Positions 57,392-64,000 of a stretch of 64,000 nucleotides of DNA are shown here, in pieces; position 1 is the stretch's first letter, and every line of letters starts with the position of its first letter. Source of the stretch: Eledone cirrhosa (lineage: Eukaryota). The stretch is taken from positions 354,640,001-354,704,000 of the forward strand of contig OZ024741.1 in assembly GCA_964016885.1 (NCBI GenBank), written 5' to 3'. The notes below the pieces were generated by a model. The model searched no databases and had not been told where the DNA came from. It was given only the letters and a program-made list of their open reading frames with translations. Position numbers and translations under genes: made by a program.

Positions 57392-58195
57392 CACGCACAC
57401 ACACACACACACACACACGCGCACATATATACACACGCACACATTGACACACGTGTGTGTATGTATATATATATATATATATATGTATATAAATATATAT
57501 ATATGAATATATATATATACATATATAAATACACACACACATATATATATACATATATATATATACATACATATACACATACATACGTGTGTGTATGTGT
57601 ATATATATATATATACACACACACATATGTATATATGTATATATATAATGTATATATATATATATTTATATATATATATATATACATACATACATACATA
57701 CATGTATACACACACACTTAACTATAAAGTGAAGAAGAGAGAGAGAAAGAGGGGGAGAGAGAGGCGGGAGAAAGAGACGGACGGAGGGGGGGGGGGAGAC
57801 AAGAGAAGACAAAATATTGAGGTTTGCGGTTTATTGTCTCCGTTAGAAGTGTTAAATTGTTTTCGTCATTTCCGTGAAACGTGTGTTGTGTGAAGAGTAG
57901 ATAGATATGTTCTACACAGAAAAAGACAATACAAAGTAACAGATGAAAAAACTTTAGACGAAGTTATGTTGAATCAAAATAATCGCTTGATTTTAAAATA
58001 ATATAATACGGATCAAATTATGCGACGAAATCAAGGTACGTACGTTCCAGTTTGAAAGTTTATTTGATAACGTATTGTATAGTGTTTGTGTTTATGTGTA
58101 TATATGTGTGAGCGCGCGCTGGTGCGTGTATTTATAAATATGTGTATGTGCATATCTAATCTCTCTCTCTCTCTGTACACACACACATATATATA

Positions 58196-58306
<111 letters not shown>

Positions 58307-58358
58307 CGTTATTCCGGGTTGAATCGGAGGTAACCACAGTAAGGTACTCAATACAACT

Positions 58359-58407
58359 GATTCCTGATGATTTCTAATGAATGAAACAGTTCTAGTCCTG
58401 TAGAATC
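58359..58407 (+). ncRNA. type I hammerhead ribozyme in an about 105-bp insert (58307-58412)
   Basis: gattc-CTGATGA-tttc taat gaat-GAAA-cag ttctagtc ctg-TA-gaatc; decayed relative at 7335-7383 (-). Confidence 0.82.
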
Positions 58408-58410
58408 TCA

Positions 58411-58451
<41 letters not shown>

Positions 58452-59109
58452 CAAGTAAGTATGTTTTGAATCAGTGAGCAGGTTTGAAATTAGAAAATAG
58501 AATAGCTTTCACCGTATTTTGACTAAAGAAATTTTAGTCTGATAATGGGGTTTAGAACCCTCAGATAAATGGAAAAAGATGAGTATTGATGTACAATATA
58601 TATATACAATATATATATAACACTGACACACACATATATATTATATAAATACACACACACACACATGTATATATATCTAAATGGAAGTACAGCATAATCG
58701 AAGCTCTGGCTGCAACTAAGCTAACGAATGCAATCGGAATGTACAGCTAAGCACTCAATAAGGTATTTAACCATAGAGTAATAACATTACGTTTAGACAG
58801 CTTTGCAAATTGAAGATTGCGACCGGTAAGCCAGCCGCAAGGACCAAAGCAACGAGAAAACTGACTCAATAAGGAGAAGAAACAGGGGCTTTGTAGTTGC
58901 TGGATAAGGTGTATTTATAAATAAGAGGAAAGCACGAATCCCCAGCAGACAACTGATGAAGGAAAATGTTCTCCCATTCGTGCTTTCCTCTTATATATAT
59001 CAAGCGTTTACTACCTAATATATCCCTTCCATATACTGTACCGATTGTGTTGTTATTTCTGTTTACCTTTTACATACATACACACACACACACTCTTATA
59101 TATATATAT

Positions 59110-59149
<40 letters not shown>

Positions 59150-59994
59150 AGAGAGAGTGATCCTGTGAGTACACAGGAGAAACTCCAGAGTAACAAACTT
59201 GTCCTTAATATAAAAAATAACCCACGTACGTGCAAGCAGTCCCCCTACACCACATACATGTATATATGATGGCTTCTCCGTTATTTGAAAGATGAGGGTC
59301 GGACGCCATGCTTTGACGCATACAGTTACGGCCCTTTCCATTCTGAGTTCAAATCCCGCCGAGGTTAACTTTACCTTTCATCATACGGGGTCGATAAAAT
59401 AAAGTACCAGTAATGCACTAGTTAATTGCTGGCCTTGTGCCAAAAATAAAAACAATTATTTTAATGAAAATCATGGAAATTCTGTATAAATGTATTAGTT
59501 CAAATATGGAGATTCTACAGTTCATTTTTAATTTCGTAAAATTTCATTTGCTTTTAAATAACCCACTATAAGAGGAAATAGCACAGGCAATCCATCCATG
59601 ACACTGCAATCAATATATTATACATACACATAAAATATATGGGTGATTGCAGGGTTTTCGTTGGGTCAGTTCGTGTTATGATGGTTGAGCGCGTCTGTAT
59701 TTCGTTCGCTGCAGAGTTATATAGAAACTATGTAATTTGACGTCTGCACCCCGATGACATCTGTCACCCCCATACCAGTAATTGGAGCAGGCTGATTGTT
59801 ATTTAACTGAGAGGTCTAGAGTATGGTTTTGAAGGGCGTGTTTCAATTTAATTTAGGATTTATGCGGTATGTTTATGATGATTGAAATTGATTTTAAGTT
59901 TATGATTTGCGTTACTTTGAGTACATGGATAGCATGGGTTTGGTTTCAATTTATTTACGTTCTAGTTAAGGCAAATGCCAGTCTTGGTTATATA

Positions 59995-60543
<549 letters not shown>

Positions 60544-61419
60544 CCTAAATATCCCTAATATAATCTATATATAAATTTGAGCGACTTCTGTCCGTCCGTC
60601 ACACAATATATATGTGTGTTTGTGTGAATGTATGTCTGTGGGTGTGTATTTTTGTAAGTGTGTCTGTGTTCGTGCATTTATATTTATATACTCATGCATA
60701 TAAATGTATGCACATACACATACACATACGCAAAAAATCCTAGTATAATAAACTAAATCAATGAATAATAAATACCCACTGTTAAACTTTTAAATTATAA
60801 GTAGAAATATTCAGATTTCTGTGTCTTGGATATTGACGAATACGATTCAGTACTCCCCCAAAGCAAACAAACACATAGACAAATAAAAGAGAAAAAAAAA
60901 CCTTTGACAAATTGTACGTATTCATTATTGACGACACTGGTCCACTAGTATTGATTATATTATATGTTGGTACAGTGTATTATAGTATGTTACATTATCT
61001 TGTAATGTTATATTACATTAAAATAGTGGTGATTTGGCACAAACAATAGATCGTCGTAGATTTGACATTAAAACTACACCGCCGATAATATTTCGAGTGT
61101 TTTTTTTGGGTTTTATTTTTCTCGTTTTTTTTTTGTATCCGGAGGATCCCGGTCAATGGTGTTGTATGACGCTTAGAGATTGTTTACAGCTGTTTTTCTT
61201 AACAAAGCATAATATGACATACATCTAACAGCAATGCAAACGTTCTATCAGCTTACGCCGTGATATCAAATCAGTGATGTAATAAGGTGGTCACTGTAGA
61301 AACTGTGACGACCATTTAATGAAAACTCAGTAGAGGTCTTGAACAAACTCGTCTCTAAAGTAGGGGGACACTACTCAATGCTTTTCAATGATGCACCATC
61401 TGATTTTGAAAATCTTCTA

Positions 61420-61790
61420 CTTCGCCCACTTATTCCTCAGAGAGTCGTGGGGGCAAAGTCCTCAAACACTACTTCCAGCGGGTCCTGTCAGAAGCAACCG
61501 TCTCCAACTGATCCGGCTGGATCCCCAAGCGTGACCAGCCAGGCCCATGGATATTATCCAACCATCTTACTCGGGGTCTACACCTCGATCTCCTGCCTGT
61601 TGGTTTCGACCGTAAAATCTATCCAGCGATTCTTTCCTGAGACATTCTAACCACATGCCCATAGTATCGGAGCTGTGATCTCTCAATTCAGAGAAGTAGC
61701 GGCTCTCTGATCTCCGAGTTACGCATTTTATCGAGTTTCGTTACTCCAAAGAACCTTCGGCCGTTTGTAGTCGCGATCGTATTCTTTATA
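61420..61790 (-). mobile_element. RTE (Expander-like) 3' end
   Basis: GVTKLDKMRNSEIRE..IERSQLRYYGHVVRM..PTGRRSRCRPRVRWLDNI..LPPRL. Confidence 0.75.
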
Positions 61791-62109
61791 AAACAATGTC
61801 TTGAAATACGCTCTTTTCAGTCTTGACTTTTCTCCTTAAAACAAAAACAAAGAACAAAAATAAATTTAAAAATCAAAACAAACAAAGAAAAACTTTAATC
61901 AAAAATCCCTAGGGAATTCGAGTGTCCACCCAAGATGTTGTGAAGTCCAGCACCACAACCGAACACTAAAGTTCCTTGCAATTCTCAAATACTGTGTTTT
62001 ATTGGAAGAAATCTGATCAACGAGACAGTTCGTATGAGAGGTGTGCACTGGCCGAAGAACATCCCGTATGAAGGAGTCATAATTACATCATTTCTAATGA
62101 CGACTGTAA

Positions 62110-62260
62110 GCGGTGAATTGGCAGTCATTAGAATGTTGGATAGAATGCTCTGCACTCAAAACCCACAGAGGTCAACTATGCCTTTCATACTTTCGAGGAC
62201 GATAAATGAAGTACCAGTCCAGTAAGGGGGTAATTTATTCGTCTATATATCTTCCTCAGT

Positions 62261-62335
<75 letters not shown>

Positions 62336-62460
62336 AAATCGGCGTTCAGATTCGGCGAGGCGATGGGCTTCGCCAGGTTTTAAATGCCCAAGGCGGCGCC
62401 CCTACAACTCTACCAGGAGTTACGGGTGCATGCATACATTATTATAGTTGCTGGGTAGAG
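62110..62460 (+). mobile_element. dominant-family SINE with (CT)n and extended tail
   Basis: same head/(CT)n/tail layout as 385-730. Confidence 0.6.
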
Positions 62461-63844
62461 AGAATGTTTCTGGCTTCATAATATATTGTTACAGAAGTTT
62501 TGATATTCAGTCTGGCAAAACGGATAAAACTTGGATGAGTCTGGAAAATCGGTGGGAGTGGAATGGTGCTTCAGAATATTTTGGGTGGAAACTCTAATTC
62601 GAAATAATTCGAAAGTGGAGTTTCGGAAAAAGCATACTACCGTGAACTTTTCTAACCCTGAGGGTGTACACTATTGAAAAGAAGGAGAGGTGCGGACAGT
62701 GTCATTCAGTACCTTCTCTTAGCGATAGGCCTGCAGCCATGACTGCAGAGACGTGGAGGTACATACAGCTAAATCTTTGGTCAATAACAAACTGATGTAC
62801 CATTGTAAACTAGCCCCAAACCCCTGCCAAATAAAGGAGCTTATCATCAGACTGGACCAGAGAAACTATGTTTCCAATGTTCGTTCTAGTGCTCATACTA
62901 TCTCCAAAGCAGAAAACTCTTGTTAAACAAAACATTGAAAACAAATTGATAAATAAAGATTATGACGAAGTTGAATTTCTTGGAGTTGAATGTCGGTGCG
63001 CTACCACCTTCACTGCTTGCGTACTACATTTATTAGGATGTGGTGAGATAGATATCTTAGATAGAGATCAGTCTCGTCATTGGAACAAATATCATAGATC
63101 GAGGTCAGTTATGTCACGGAAGCTTATTAAGGTTGATTTGTTTGAAGCTTAGAAGGGTTTCACTCAGTGTAGTCGCCATTTGTATATATGTATGCATGCA
63201 CGCATGTTTGTTAATCCAACTCTGATCATAGATGCTGTCCTCTCAGAAAACCTGTGACTTTAGGTCAGAATGTAGTACTATGATCGAGATGCATAGTACG
63301 TCGTTGATTGCTTCATCTGTGCAAATCGTTAACATTTTAATGATAGAATTGCTTTATACAGCTTAGGACCTCACCAAATTTAATCCGGCACTGCATACAG
63401 AGGACAAACGCAGGTCCTTCACAACTTTCAAATATGTGTATCACCTGGGTTTTCCCGACGTGAAAAAATTAGAAGCAGTGGCAGCTTTGCTTTGTGAAAT
63501 TGGGTGGGATCGAAAGCTTCAAGATCATACTACAGAAATACCGGATGTCACATTTTGATAGAAAGCTCTTGAGCTACTGTAAGTACAAATTCAAGGATAA
63601 TTTGAGATTCACTCCCACTAAACCATACCCGAAGGTGTTGATATTTTACTCGAGTCATCTGGTTTCACAGTATTGATGAAAAAAAGAAAATTGACGTAGC
63701 GTTTAAACATGCAGCATAGTGGGATCGAGTCGTGTATGTGATTCATGCTAGCAAAACTCCGGGTTTGGCTATAATCACATAGGTGTCGTCTTGGTCATGT
63801 AACTGTAGAAAGCAGTAGTTTCACCAGTATTATTTCTCACTTAT

Positions 63845-64000
63845 GGATTGGCAGTATCGGTAGAGGGTCTGACGCTATGCTTTGCAGCAAAGAGTTACGC
63901 CCCTTTATGGTTTGAGTTCAAATCCCGCCGAGGTTAACTTTGCCTTTCATCCTTACGGGGTCGATAAAATAAAGTACCAGTAATGCACTGGATAATTGCT
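63845..64000 (+). mobile_element. young-subfamily SINE, runs off the window
   Basis: core nearly identical to 23453-23544, 39402-39497 and 59345-59460. Confidence 0.8.

Noticed and set aside
62868-63676. ORFs 62868-63152 and 63494-63676
   Set aside because: Short, no recognisable domain or splice support; possibly decayed transposon sequence

Overview
AT-rich eukaryotic (animal) non-coding DNA, almost entirely repeats. The tRNA-derived SINE families and extreme (TA)n/(CA)n load resemble octopus/cephalopod genomes (recognised from memory, not verified). No intact protein-coding gene is present; most listed ORFs are microsatellite translations. One plausible host first-coding exon lies at 52998-53194. 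Recognisable content: a decayed hAT (Charlie/Buster-type) transposon, a Tigger/pogo fragment, several RTE-clade LINE relics, a CRE-like RLE fragment, non-autonomous Helitrons (some joined head-to-tail), many SINEs and several Penelope-like element (PLE) relics with GIY-YIG fragments and inverted pseudo-LTRs. The main signal is a dense set of type I hammerhead ribozyme motifs read directly from the sequence: 11 with intact CUGANGA/GAAA/NUH cores, 4 with a shared CAGAAGA variant core, and several decayed copies. They belong to several sequence families, sit in small elements embedded in (TA)n tracts, and occur as solo units, partial tandems and fold-back palindromes. All calls are by eye; no alignment, folding or database search was run.
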